Source: Octopus vulgaris (taxonomy: Eukaryota). From it: a DNA stretch of 64,000 nt. The stretch lies in assembly GCA_951406725.2 (NCBI GenBank), contig OX597814.1, forward strand, positions 56,048,001 through 56,112,000. The letters are read 5' to 3'. A program made the translations under genes and the position numbers. Within the stretch, counting starts at the first letter, position 1. Every line of letters starts with the position of its first letter. Below, one piece after another: positions 12,438 through 24,828 of the stretch. Below the pieces are notes generated by a model. The model was not told the origin of the DNA. It did no database searches and saw only the letters and a list, made by a program, of their open reading frames with translations.

Positions 12438-12560
12438 GATTCCGATTTGAATGTGAAATAGCGTAAATTTAGCCTTGATAGATTTCCACTGAAGCTTTCT
12501 CTACATTACCGATTGGTTACAGTTTGTTATTGTAGTTGTATGAGAGGCAGCTGAACTGGT
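12438..12560. promoter_or_regulatory. Possible bidirectional promoter / 5' UTR region
   Basis: ATTGG (CCAAT on minus) at 12512-12516; plus-strand donor CTG|GTATGT at 12558/12559 facing away from the minus-strand exon. Inference only. Confidence 0.25.
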
Positions 12561-13717
12561 ATGTCTACATTTCTATTCAACCATTGGTTAATTTCAAATA
12601 TGTAACTGCTTGAGTAAATTTTTTAACTTTCTTTCCTAGAGATGTACAATTTCTAAGCTCATCCTTTGATATTTATGCTAGCTGCAATTTCATGGAAACT
12701 GTCCTATTTCATCATCATCATTATGATCAGTGTGTTTGTCATAAGGAGATTTCTCATGTCCACATCTATAACATATCTTTTATAAATATAGGCAAATTAG
12801 TCAATAAATTTTACACTCCTCTCAAAATAATGCTTCACAGATATATTCCTTTCAAAATTAAATTACTGATAGTATGTACATACATGCATATATATAATAT
12901 ATAATGGATATATGCTCTTTGTTATTTATTTTTAATACCTGCATTTATGTATTTAAAAAAGGAATAAATTTTAAATTCTTGTTGAAGAAATGCTAACCCT
13001 GATTTGCTTCCAGTCTATAGAACTTACAATAATGTATGTAGCACTAGAAGTCTCTTATCACCGGCAAACTCTCAGCATTAACTGGTTACATCAACTGAAT
13101 GCATACATTTAGATACACATGCACATTCACACAGGCAATACATATGGGGTATGAAAGTATGCATATATATATATATATATGTATTTATGTATTATAGGTA
13201 GTAGGGAGCCTGTGTGATGTGTGAATTTTTTATTGGCTAGTTAGAGGAGCAAGACTGCTCATGGCTTTTTTTTTTAATCCCAGGGCCTCTGGAGTTGGCA
13301 GGGAGGAAGTTATCCTCAGACCAAATACCTGGCCCATTTACTTGCAGAGTAGTGTGGTCTCTGCTAAAAGTACTCAATAACCATATAGTGATGTTGGTGT
13401 TAAACTGGATGACAGATTGTGATGCCACATCTTATGGAAATATTGGCACTGAAAATGGGAGATTTGCATAGATATGATGAGAACATGGTTCAGTATGATC
13501 TTTTAAATGTGGAAGGATAATCTGTATGAAAAAGTGTAAAAGTTAGTATGAAAGAACTATTGGTGTAATGCATTCTAGGCAATATGTATATAGGCGAGAT
13601 GGCTGCAATGTGATATGAATGAATGATGAGAATTGTGAGGGACAAAAATAAGATGTACTGACAATGGAAGGTTTGCACAGAAGAGGAAGGTCAAATTTGA
13701 TAGGGGGAAAATTTTGG

Positions 13718-13920
13718 TTTCAGATTTTGGCACAAGACCAGCAGTTTTGGGAAATGGGTTAAGTTGATTAAATCAATCAACAAGTATTTATTTTACCAAC
13801 CCTGCCAGAACAAAAAGCAAAGTTGATCTCAGCAGAATTTGAATTCAGAATGTAGAGACAAACAAAATGCCACTAAACATTTTGCCCAGCTTACTAATGG
13901 TTCTGTGAGCTTGCCTCCTT
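13718..13920 (-). mobile_element. tRNA-derived SINE, family A
   Basis: Reverse complement matches 7112-7325 along its length. Confidence 0.85.
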
Positions 13921-14519
13921 AATATTGGGAAAATATTGAGATCAGATCTTAAGATGCAGGACCTCAAAAATAATGATAATGACAGAAAATTAAGATAGTG
14001 GATATATACTGCAATGTATTTTACTGCAGATCTTGACAGCCTGGAGAAATACAAACAAATGATTAAATACTGACATATATATATACTATATACATAGCTA
14101 TCTATGTATCATACTTAATGTATATACACCACTGAAAGGCCAGTTACTATGGTATTCATCCCATGATAATATCACTTATGGCTGTACTGTGTTAAAAACA
14201 GAGCAAATATTGGAATGAGATGAAAAATTACTCCAGCAGTGGCCAGTGAGAATACCTGATGCATTTCATCCTTTTTGAGTCTTTTCAGTGGTGTGTACTC
14301 ACAGCCAGTCACATGCTTGAATGAGAATTCATTGCCTCCAATATAGGAAACAATAAATAAAACATTTATTAATGTTGCAAATGGCTGAATTAAAATCTGG
14401 TATATGATCTTGAAACAGTATTGAATTAAAATAGCCATCCTTGTATCATACTTAATGTATATACACTGTTAATAAGTAAGTTACAGCAGTAACTCTCTTT
14501 CCTACTTACTAAAGCCTTA

Positions 14520-15720
14520 GTCTTTGTTAAGTTTACTTTAAGGTCTCTTGATATTAAGTTTAACTTCCATACTTGGAATTTCCTCTCTAATTCTCTTATA
14601 GATGGAGATATGGGAACTAGAGCATCAGCATATAGGAGTTCTCTTAGACCTCCAGTCTTAAACTCGTCTGTGATGGCCCTTAAGACTATGATGACTAGGT
14701 GAGAACTGAGGACTGACCTTTAATGAACTCCAATCTTCATGCTACATTCACCAATGAAATAGTTGCTAGCTCTCACTTTGCTTACCACATCTTTATACAG
14801 CCCTCACATTTAGTTTCCTCAGTGCTATCTTGTCAAATGCCTTCATCAAGTCAATGAAAGCAGGAAATAGTAGGTTATTCTTAGCCAAGTTATTTCTCCT
14901 GTAGTTACCTTGCCAAGAAAATTGCATTTTAATGTCTCTTCTAGACATGGAACCAAACTGCATCCCAACTAGGTCTGTTCTGTCATAAATGAATTGTGCC
15001 ATGACTTTTCAGTGACATTCAAACCCTAATCTGGTGGTTTGATTATTCCACAGTTGCTTCTCTCCAAGGCATCTCCTTTGCCTTTGTGGGAGTATATGAT
15101 GATACTGCTATGCCTAGTTTGACACCTTCCTGTATTACTTGATTGAGTATCTAGCTACTGATCAAGTACACAGATATTCTGATTATCTCCATGCCTATCG
15201 CTGAGAGATCCAGAGCTTTCCCTCTTTTCATGTCCTTAATCACTTTATCTACTACACTGCTGTCAACTTGAATTGCTAATCCCTCCCTAGCATTAGTATG
15301 AGGTAACCCCTCTTTATCTCATGCTTTCTTCACGTTTAGCAGCCTCTCGTAATAGCACTTTCATGCTACTTTCTTGGCAAGTATACATTCAATATTCAAT
15401 ATTCCAAATACATATCTTGTCAATGATGTTTTGGTTCTTTCTTACTGTCTCACAATCCTGAACAATTCATGCCTCTGGTCCTCATGTAGAACATGTGAAA
15501 ATCTCTTTTTTTGATCTCACCCTCAGCCAAATTTAACTGTCATTTAGCTTCTCTTCAAGCAATTCAATAATGCTCCCTATTACCACTTTCCTTCCAGGTT
15601 TTCCAATCTTGTCTCTTAGCCTCTCTTTGCTTTTACTGCTCTATCAACAGTGTTATGTCACTGCCATGTTATCTTTAGTTTGGTTGGGATTTTACCCCAG
15701 CTGCATGTCTAATTTGTAAC
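14520..15720 (-). mobile_element. Decayed RTE-clade LINE reverse transcriptase fragment
   Basis: Minus-strand translation gives MQFG..., AFIDLMKAFDK and an LLYADAL (YADD-like) motif, with stops and frameshifts. Confidence 0.75.
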
Positions 15721-16303
15721 CCTAAACTGGTTATTCCATGGAAGTTTCTAGTTGTCATCTATGTTGCAGGTATCAAAATCTTTCTCCTTACAGTCAGCTG
15801 CATCAACTAAAATTTCTCGAAACCTATTCTTGGCAGCAATATCTTTTAATTTCTATATCTGCTTCTCTGTACTGTCTTCTGCTTCTGTTTCTGACTGAAG
15901 TTCTGAGATGCAACTGCTCTAACTATTTGCAACACACACTTTGAGAAACTAGCCAATGATGTAGCTTTAACAAAGGCCAGCTTAAAGTAGGCAATTATGG
16001 TCAAGTTGGCAACTTCACTGATTGTAGGGTATGGAAAGGGCACACAGTACACTCTGTAAAGTGGTTGGCATTAGGAAAGGTATCCAGCTGTGGAAACCAT
16101 GCTAAAGTAGACACTGGAGCACAATGCAGTCCTTTAGCGAAATGGATGATGATGATGATATATACATATATTATTATTTTTATGAATTATATGCTATTAT
16201 TTTTACATGGAAAATGTCAACAATTCAAAATTCATTTTGGTTTAGCACTTCATAAGACTGTAGATAACTTTAGATGTCAAACTTTTCTAATACACACACA
16301 CAC

Positions 16304-16453
16304 ATGTGGTAAGTAGCTTGCTTATGAACCACATGGTTCCGGGTTCAGTCCCACTGTGTGGCACCTTGGGCAAGTGTCTTCTACTTTAGCCTTGGGCCGA
16401 CCAAAGCCTTGTGAGTGGATTTGGTAGACGGAAACTGAAAGGAGCTCGTCATA

Positions 16454-16504
<51 letters not shown>

Positions 16505-16710
16505 ATGTGTTTGTGTGTCTGTGTTTGTCACCCCAACATCGCTTGACAACTGGTGCTGGTGTGTTTACATCCCCGTAACTTAGCGGTTCTGCAAAAGAAA
16601 TCGATAGAATGAGTTCTAGGCTTACAAAGAATAAGTCCTGGGGTCGATTTGCTCAATTAAAGGTGGTGCTCCAGCATGGCCACAGTCATATGACTGAAAC
16701 AAGTAAAAGA
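16304..16710 (+). mobile_element. tRNA-derived SINE, family B, with a CORE-like domain and internal (TA)/(TG) microsatellite
   Basis: GGTTCAGTCCC B-box, CCTTGGGCAAGTGTCTT CORE-like motif, 3' end GACTGAAACAAGTAAAAGA; other copies near 25915-26255(-), 29430-29790(-), 30800-31255(+), 59355-59510(+). Confidence 0.85.
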
Positions 16711-16715
16711 TATAT

Positions 16716-17097
16716 GGAAGCACTCCATCGGTTCCGACGACGCGGGTTCCGGTTGATCCGATCAATGGAACAGCCTGCTCGTGAAATTAACGTGTAAGTG
16801 GCTGAGCACTCCACAGACACGTGTACCCTTAACGTAGTTCTCGGGGATATTCAGCGTGACACAGAGAGTGACAAGGCCGGCCCTTTGAAATACAGGTACA
16901 ACAGAAACAGGAAGTAAGAGTAAGAGAAAGTTGTGGTAAAAGAGTACAGCAGGGATCACCACCATCCCCTGCCGGAGCCTCGTGGAGCTTTAGGTGTTTT
17001 TGTTCAATAAACACTCACAACGCCTGGTCTGGGAATCGAAACCGCGATCCTACGACCGCGAGTCTGCTGCCCTAACCACTGGGCTATTGCACCTCCA
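16716..17097 (-). mobile_element. tRNA-derived SINE, family C (young, CpG-rich)
   Basis: Minus strand begins GGAGGTGCAATAGCCCAGTGGTTAGGGCAGCAGACTCGCGGTC...GGTTTCGATTCCC (A and B boxes); tail-to-tail with the family B copy. Confidence 0.85.
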
Positions 17098-19672
17098 CAG
17101 ATATATATATATATATATAAGGTGGCTGATAGTTATTGAATGATCCTTCAACAAGTTAATGTTTTAGGTATAACTATTCCAAACAGCAACCATTAATATA
17201 TCTATGTGTATCTGCCTGTCTGTCAGTCTGTCTGTGCGCATGCACATGTGTGTGTATTTACATATAAAGGCTTGTGAGACTGTTAAACAGATAGTTTTAC
17301 ATCTTGCTACAAGCAGGAAGTATATTGAATGATTGGTAAATATTTTGTTACTTTGCAATGTTGGATTCAATTCTTATCATGGGAAATAACTGCAATAAAC
17401 TGATGTGCCACTCTACTGACCTGATTAAACACACACACACACAAAAAAATGTGATAGAACTTTACATACTACTATTCTATCCAGCAGTGAGGTTCTGGGG
17501 GTGATAAATGAAAATCAATGTACAAAAATCATTAGAAAGAGTCATTTTTCATATGGTGGGTATAAAATAAATAAATTTAATCTACATGTATTATTTGCTT
17601 CGTTTTTGGAACACTGGATCTTAACTAGATAAGTTATAAATAATAGTGTATTCACCTAAAAAAACTTTTAGATAGGCTCTGTATTAAAGTTGGATTGCAG
17701 GTAAGCAGTAAAGAAAACTATTTGTATAGGTGTGAATATGAATAGAAAAAGTGCTGTATGTTGATGTTGGAGAGCACTCAAGGAATAGGAGAATCAAGTA
17801 AGTTGTAAGAAGTGGTCAGATAGAACATTTTAGCCCCATGTCAGATGAGAAAAGACCTCGTATGATATGTTGTACAGCCATCCAGCATGGACTTACAAAG
17901 AAAAATAACCATTCAAATGTTGATAATTATGATGAGTTTTTTTTTTTTTCATTAATAACTACAATCAAAGGATGTTGACACGTGACTCATAGACCAGAGT
18001 TTAAAATTCACTTATTTACATTTTGCTAACTTCACATATAGCACATTGATTACTTTTTCAATTTTATATTTTATTTGCTCCTGTAAATCTAGACTGAAAA
18101 TAATTAGTATCAGTTTAGTTCATTTTGTCTCAAAGCAAGACACATAACTCTGTTATTTCACCATCTGGAAACAGGCATCATCTGCTTGCAACCTAAACAT
18201 CATACGCTGACTCTCTGAACAGAAAACCTTCAGATTATACTACATTGAAGGCATGGTAATTGTTTCTTCAACAGTACAAATATTCAGTTGTGCATACCAA
18301 AGAAAGTGTTTTATACCTCATGGATCTAGTTATGCATAATACACAGTAAAAACCCTCAAAAGTCTTTACACATACTTTTACTTACAATCTCCAAGGACCT
18401 CTCATAGTAAATCCACATATATACAGCTGTCAAAATTTCATCACAGACTAGAATTCCTCTTTACAGTCAGGAAACACTCAGGCCTCAGTCAATTGCATAC
18501 CATTTACAATGCTGTAAGAACTACTTTGCACTAACATTCAAGACCAAATCTAGGAGAAATCCATTCAGCTAATGAGAAATGCTTCAATTACCAATGTACT
18601 TAAATGACTAACTCACAAATGTTCTGTTTATTCTTGAATTCAATAAAAAAGGTACAATGTTGCAAAGTATGGCACTCATCTCTTAGATTGAAAAATGGAA
18701 TTATTTTGTGGACTATCATTCCTTAGTTGTATAGCTAACTTTTTCTGTGATGTTTAGGAGGGTTGAGAATTAAAATCATCTGTGGTGAGTAAATGGTAAA
18801 TTACAAGAGTTCTGTTTATGAATGATATGAGGAATTGATTGTTTTTAGAATTACGATAGGTTGTGGTAAAATGGAAGTAAAACAAAGTAGATTGCAGAAT
18901 GCTAGGTAATTGGTTATTGCATGTTTGCCCAAATCCAATCTAATAGTATCTTGTGACGTTCATGTTCATGACTTTGTCAATGCCATCACATGCTATTGTT
19001 ATTGTCATTGTCATTATTGTCATTATCATTGTCACCTTCATCTTGGTAAGAATATATTTTTCTTGATCATAATTTTAAATGTTAAACATAATTGTAATGA
19101 ATCAGTTAAACATGTCAAGATGTAAGATTATTAACAATATCATACTTTCTATTTTGTGGTCAGTAGTAATTGGTATAAATGATTAAATTTAGATGGAGAA
19201 AACTGTATTTAGTAATAAAATTAACTTAGGTGTAAGACTATATTTTTCTTTATATACCTCTGAATATACTATGTTAAAAAAGAGAAGTATTTTATTGGAA
19301 TATCTTATGTTCTGCCATAAAAAAATATTGTTTTGCCATAAAATGAATATTGCATTGTCTTCACTATATTTATAATAAAATGTCTGGAGAGAAATTATTG
19401 GATGGACCAAGAATGTGAATCTGAAAGCATCGTTGTCAGTGTATGAAAGTTGATAATGAGTCAAACCTTAAAGTGAGGTACAATAGCCATAAATGTAAAG
19501 AACTGACCCACTAAAAACAAATTCTACTACAACAACCACGATGTATGAGTGAAATATATGTTTCAGTGTCTTGCTTCTCATCTCATTCTATCATCATTGG
19601 GCATACAACAAATGTATACACACATGAACATACATGCACACACACACACAGGTTGCATTACTTTCAGTTTCC

Positions 19673-19856
19673 TATTTCTTTATTGCCCACAAGGGGCTAG
19701 AAAAGACCTCTTGATCAGACGGGGCCTCAGGACGATGGGATCCCAGAGCCGCAATGTGCATTCGAGGTGTCGATGTTTACTGAGTCCTGCAATTTGCATC
19801 AGTTCATGCAGATAGCCGCACTCTTCTTTGACAGACGAGCCAAGTGATCCCCCGTC
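19673..19856 (-). mobile_element. Chimeric retroposon (5.8S rRNA body + 27-nt SINE tail) inserted in a family B SINE (about 19640-19980)
   Basis: 8-bp TSD CAGTTTCC at 19665-19672 and 19857-19864; tail 19673-19699 matches 8778-8804 at 26/27; the host SINE resumes (GGAAACTGAAAG on minus) after the insert. Confidence 0.85.
19700..19856 (-). pseudogene. Near full-length 5.8S rRNA retro-pseudogene
   Basis: Minus strand reads GACGGGGGATCACTTGGCTCG...AAGAAGAGTGCGGCTATCTGC...AATTGCAGGAC...AACATCGACACCTCGAATGCACATTGCGGC...GAGGTC, collinear with the metazoan 5.8S consensus; no 18S/ITS/28S flanks. Confidence 0.9.
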
Positions 19857-20359
19857 CAGTTTCCATCTACCAAATGCACCCAAAAGGCTTTGATCAGCCT
19901 AGGGACAAGAAGCTACTTGCCTAAGGTGTCACATAGGGCCTGAACTTGAAACCATTTGATTGGGAAGTAAAACTTCTTATAGGTCTCATTCATTTAATTA
20001 GATGAATATATTGAATTAGAATATGTCAGCAATATTTATTAAATGCAAACTGGAATGGAAAATTGTTTATATCTAACAGCATAGGTTTTGGTACCAGTCC
20101 AGGTTCTTTGCAATCAGTTATAGTTGTTGTTACAAATATCATCTTAATGAAATTGTTGGTTCTTGCCATGATTAATGTTTTATTATTTCTTGTGTGTGTG
20201 TGTGTGTGTGCGCATGTGCTTTCATATATATGTGTGTGTGTGTGCATGTATGTATGTATGTCAGTATTATCTATTTATATATGTATGTATGTATTTATTG
20301 ATGTATATATGTGTGTGTGTATGTATGTATATATATATATATATATTCAAAATGTTACC

Positions 20360-20549
20360 ACATGTGAATTGCTGATGATTTTCTTCCTCCGTCTTCCTTT
20401 CTATTGGACTTTCATCTGTTTCTGAAGAAGAGTGTTGCTCAAAACATTAAATCATCTTTCTTTCCTTCCTTGAGCATTTGCTAATACTTTACATGTGCCA
20501 TGTACTTGCGTTGTTGATTTTTTTGTGTTTGTTGTTCTTTTTTAGGATT

Positions 20550-20552
<3 letters not shown>
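20360..20552 (+). mobile_element. Penelope-related short repeat with a decayed minimal hammerhead motif at 20418-20452
   Basis: GTTT-CTGAAGA-AGAGT-gtt-GCTC-AAAA-CA-TT-AAAT; reverting two CpG-decay changes gives CTC-GAAA-CG-TT. Flanked by (TA)n. Confidence 0.55.
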
Positions 20553-20597
<45 letters not shown>

Positions 20598-20612
20598 GTA
20601 TGTATACATATG

Positions 20613-20659
<47 letters not shown>

Positions 20660-20830
20660 TGTGTGTATGTATACATATATATGTATGTATATGTATGTGT
20701 ATGTGTGTATATATATGCATGTGTATATATACATATATGTGTTTATGTATATGTGTGTGTATATATATATATGTATGTGTGTGTGTATATATATGTCTAG
20801 ATATATATGTGTGTATGTGTGTGTGTATGT
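20553..20830. repeat. Long compound (TA)/(TG) microsatellite
   Basis: Read directly; the YIYI/VCVC ORFs here are artefacts. Confidence 0.95.
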
Positions 20831-21006
20831 AATAACTGCTTATTAGTAATGCTTTAGCTGTGTGAAATCATAAAATACACACATACATGCACTATCTTGA
20901 TTTACAAGGTATCAGTCTGAGATTAGTGTAGCTCACTTGAGGTATTAAAATACACCAAATAAAATGTATACTTCACTTTTGTTTCCATATAGTTGTAAAT
21001 TTGGGA

Positions 21007-21037
<31 letters not shown>

Positions 21038-21569
21038 CTATCTAGATTAGTAATCTTTAGTTATATTAATATATTAGTTATTTTCCCCTCTTTCATCGTC
21101 ATCATCATCATCACTGTCATCATTGTCATTAACACCACCATTAACATCATCAAATTCATCGCCATCATGATCATTAATCATGATCATTATTTTTAAACAT
21201 TTTTTCCTTGATTAAAAAATGCTAAACTTTTGAGCTAGAACAGGCTGCATATTGGCAGAGTCGTTAAAGCCTTATATAAAATGTCTTATAGAATATGTTC
21301 CACTCTCTGTGCTCTGAGTTCAAATCCAACCATGGTTGTCTTTGCCATCCATTCTTTTGGCATTGTTAAAAAGATGTACCATTTTAGATGGTTGGCCTTG
21401 GGTCTCTTTTCTGGTGCTGTGTTCTGGCAGTGGTGTCTGCAATTACATTGGTGCCATGCTATATTGGCTTAAGTCAATGGTCTTTCATATGGACAACATG
21501 GAGATAGTGAGCTTGGAAATAATGAGACCCTCATGGGCAATTACTAGCTTCCCTTAAAAAAAAAAATTT

Positions 21570-21945
21570 ACCTGTATTTAGCTTCTGGAACATCCCTGTT
21601 TTAGTGACCAACAATAATCAGCCAACATAGAAGAACTCCACTTTCCTTAGTACTGGGTTTCCTTGTTCTAAATGTCCCGGTGAAACCTCTTGCCATGCTC
21701 ATCACTGGTAGCTTCAAGATTAACAGGGAAAAAGTCCAAGTGGGAGTTCAAGAAGTGGATTTTGAGGTTCATATTGCATCTCAAAACCTTGTATGATGTC
21801 GGTAGCTCTTTCACAATGTCGAAATAGTCTTCTCTTCTGAGATTCTCCCAAAACTCTCTGCAAACTTTCTTAAATGACAGCCACACAGCTTTTTCAGCAT
21901 CATTAAGCTCTTCATCAAACTTTTGGTCTCTCATCAGCTCAGTAC
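21570..21945 (-). mobile_element. Chapaev (CMC superfamily) transposase C-terminal fragment
   Basis: NMNLKIHFLNSHLDFFPVNLEATSDEHGKRFHRDI followed, after lesions, by GKWSSSMLADYCWSL; matches the recalled Chapaev3-type motif MSLKIHFLDSHLDFFPENLGAVSDEHGERFHQDI...MLADYCW. Confidence 0.8.
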
Positions 21946-24419
21946 ATAAAGATGAACTAGATGCTGCAAAGTACTTTACCTGGTGTGCTAGCAATTCTGC
22001 CAACTTGCTGCCTTAAAGGTCTGCAATAATGATTTAATGTTTTACCTCAGTTAGGTCTATACTAAAATAGTTATGACTGACCAAAACTATCACTTATTTA
22101 TGTAATCATATTGAGTAAACTGTTGTTTAGCAAATTTAGATATTTGTACACGAAATACTAAACTAAATACTTTAACACTTGGGTGGATATCTTTCCTACT
22201 GCTAATTAGTCTTTAGTAAAGTGTTTACTTGATTTCATTAAATTAAACATAATATTGACTCTTGTCCAAATTACAACAAAGTATTCATTGTAGCATGGCT
22301 TGAAACCATTGCTGTGTGGCAGTATAACCACCTCAAGGTCATCTGGTCATCATTTGAATATAAAAGTTATAGTAACATAATATTACATTAGTATAGTATT
22401 CAGTGTCTTGTCTTTCAAGGTTGTAACCTCTGACATTCAAGACTTTTCAATATTTTAAGGGTCTCTTATTTTTTAACAACATTATGATGGAAGAACTAAA
22501 AGTTATTTGGTTGCTGGAGGAGAGAATTATATACATTTTATATCTTTTTTGGCATTAAGTCAAGAATTAGCAAGAAAACATGGAGAGAAATTAGCTAGAA
22601 AGAGTACATGAAAAGATTGTTGAAATCCTCATAGCATGATAGATGCATTAGAAATATGTTAATGGATTTTACTGAAATAAGGACTTCCTGAATAAGGTCA
22701 GTATATACAGAGAAAACAAAATCATATCAAATCTAATTGGTTTTGGTGTTTTGATACAGCCCCTATCTGAGACAGACCCCAGTTCCATGATGCATGCTTT
22801 CTGGTTTAAAGTGATCTAAATTAAGACCTTCCATCAAAATTTCATGCTAATTAATATTCTTAATATCAGTTAGTTTACTAAATATTTTGTAATTTTCAAA
22901 ATTAATAGCAGCAAAGGCAGTATATGTCAATAGAAATATGGTAAGGAGAAAAGGTTAATTCAGAGATATTAGTAGACTAGTATATCAGTAGTGGAGTTGA
23001 ATGGTGAATGATTAATAATCATGAACAGGTGTAGAAAATTGGCAGTCAAAGGCAGATAATATTGTTATTATTGTTGTCATAGTAGTCATAAAAATATATT
23101 TGAAATAATTGAATTGCAAATGCTGACTTCCATGATATTTCTTAAGTCATTTCAAAGACTGACTACTTTACTCTGTTCTTGTGAAATTAAGGGAATTAGC
23201 AATATAATTTGTTTTCATGTCAAGAGACTGAAGTGCATGCTAAAGCATAGATTGACAGAAAAAAATATTTTCAATTAGTAAAGTTAATGATATTTGAAAT
23301 TATAAGCTTTCTTTCACTTAAAATCTCCTGCTGTCATGTTTTAAGACAATTTAGAAACTAATTAAGCACATAGTTTTAACTGTATTTATAAACAGTTGGA
23401 GAAAGATAGTCTTAGATGCAGTTTTTATAACATTTTTTTTGTCTTGGGAGTTACTTTGTTTAATATGACCGGTTTCATTCTGATTTGCATGCATATTTTT
23501 GATGTATAAATAAAAAACAATGATGGAATTTCTGATCTGCTCTATACTTGATTCGAATATCTAATTTGCTATCTGAGATAAGTTCATGAAGCATAGTACT
23601 GATGAAGCTAAGATGACACCATTTCAGACAGTGAAAGTTTGAAAATATATAAAAGAAAATAATGTTTTAGTTAAGAAATTTCAAACTAATCATTTGTTTA
23701 TCAAAAGCCAACTAAACATTTAAGAGATTGAAATGTAGTACTTAGATATATGGAGGTACTTAAATAGACATTTGAAAAAGACTAAGCTGAAGGTAGAAAG
23801 GAATTATCAGCTTTCAATCAAATGTAGATAAATACATTTGAATGTACTCCACAAGATGATTAATAAGCCTAAATCAAAAGTGTGGAAAATCACTGAAACA
23901 CTGACACAATAAAACACTTTCAAAATTGGACAAAATATATTATATAGCTCAGTCTTATAACTTTATTTTTGTAACCACCAGGTGCTAAGAATATTTTAAA
24001 ATATTATCTTAATCAATTATTCTAATCAGTGAACTTTACCAGTATTCTAATCAATGAATTCAACTCAATTAACTCTACCTTTTCAGATCTAAGTAAATTT
24101 ATTGATAATTACATTAGAAAAAACAGTCTTTCTTCGTTTTACATAAACTTGATTCTTTATTTATTTTAAAGGGCTCTGTTATCAAAAATTTTCTCTTTCA
24201 CTTCATTTTTCCATGTTTCTTCTGATTAAAGTAAAAAAAATTGCTATGTATTATAAATATATTTATAAAAATTAATGTAGCAAATAACTCTTTTTTTTTT
24301 TTTGCTCTCTTTATCCAGGTTCTGATAAATTCTGTTTAATGATGAAGTTTGAGAACTGCTGAAGATGAGCTCACAGTAATGATGGTGGACTATCGAACAC
24401 AAACAAGCAAAAAACAACT

Positions 24420-24828
24420 ATGTTCCTGGGTATTTTTAGGGTTCGCAGAAAGAAGCATCTCGTTGTGGCTGGATTGCTTTGTATTATACTGTTTCTATTA
24501 TATGAAATCCAACAGCTAAGTTATATTGATAATCAGCAGAGACTGGATACACCTTTACATAAAGAAAAATATAATGTTGCTGAAAGTAATGCTGTTAAAA
24601 ATAACGAGCAAGATGTAATGCAACCCATATTAAATGAATTAGAAAAAGATAATGACAATTTTAATGATAATTTTGATTCAATCCATCCTGAAGATATAAG
24701 TTGGGAATTAATTGAAAAGTTTAAAGTTGACTATGACGATCATTTTCAACCTATTGTTTCACCTTGGGATGTGTCAAAAAGTTGGGTTAATTCAAGAGAA
24801 ATCTTTCCAGATGTTGTTCCTGAGCTAG
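24420..24828 (+). CDS. FAM20B: Glycosaminoglycan xylosylkinase (FAM20B orthologue), first coding exon; exon spans 24319-24828
   Basis: Type II membrane N-terminus (RVRRKKH + hydrophobic TM), acidic stem, then SPWDVSKSWVNSREIFPDVVPELG, matching vertebrate FAM20B [24 protein letters not shown]. Acceptor (T)nGCTCTCTTTATCCAG| at 24318; phase-1 donor TAG|GTAAAT at 24828/24829. Confidence 0.9.

Noticed and set aside
17020-17097. tRNA-like sequence (also at 35215-35290 and other SINE heads)
   Set aside because: Acceptor stems do not close and the sequences continue into SINE bodies; not tRNA genes.
19700-19856. Functional rDNA unit
   Set aside because: No 18S, ITS or 28S flanks; CpG-decayed, with a tail and TSD, so a retrocopy.
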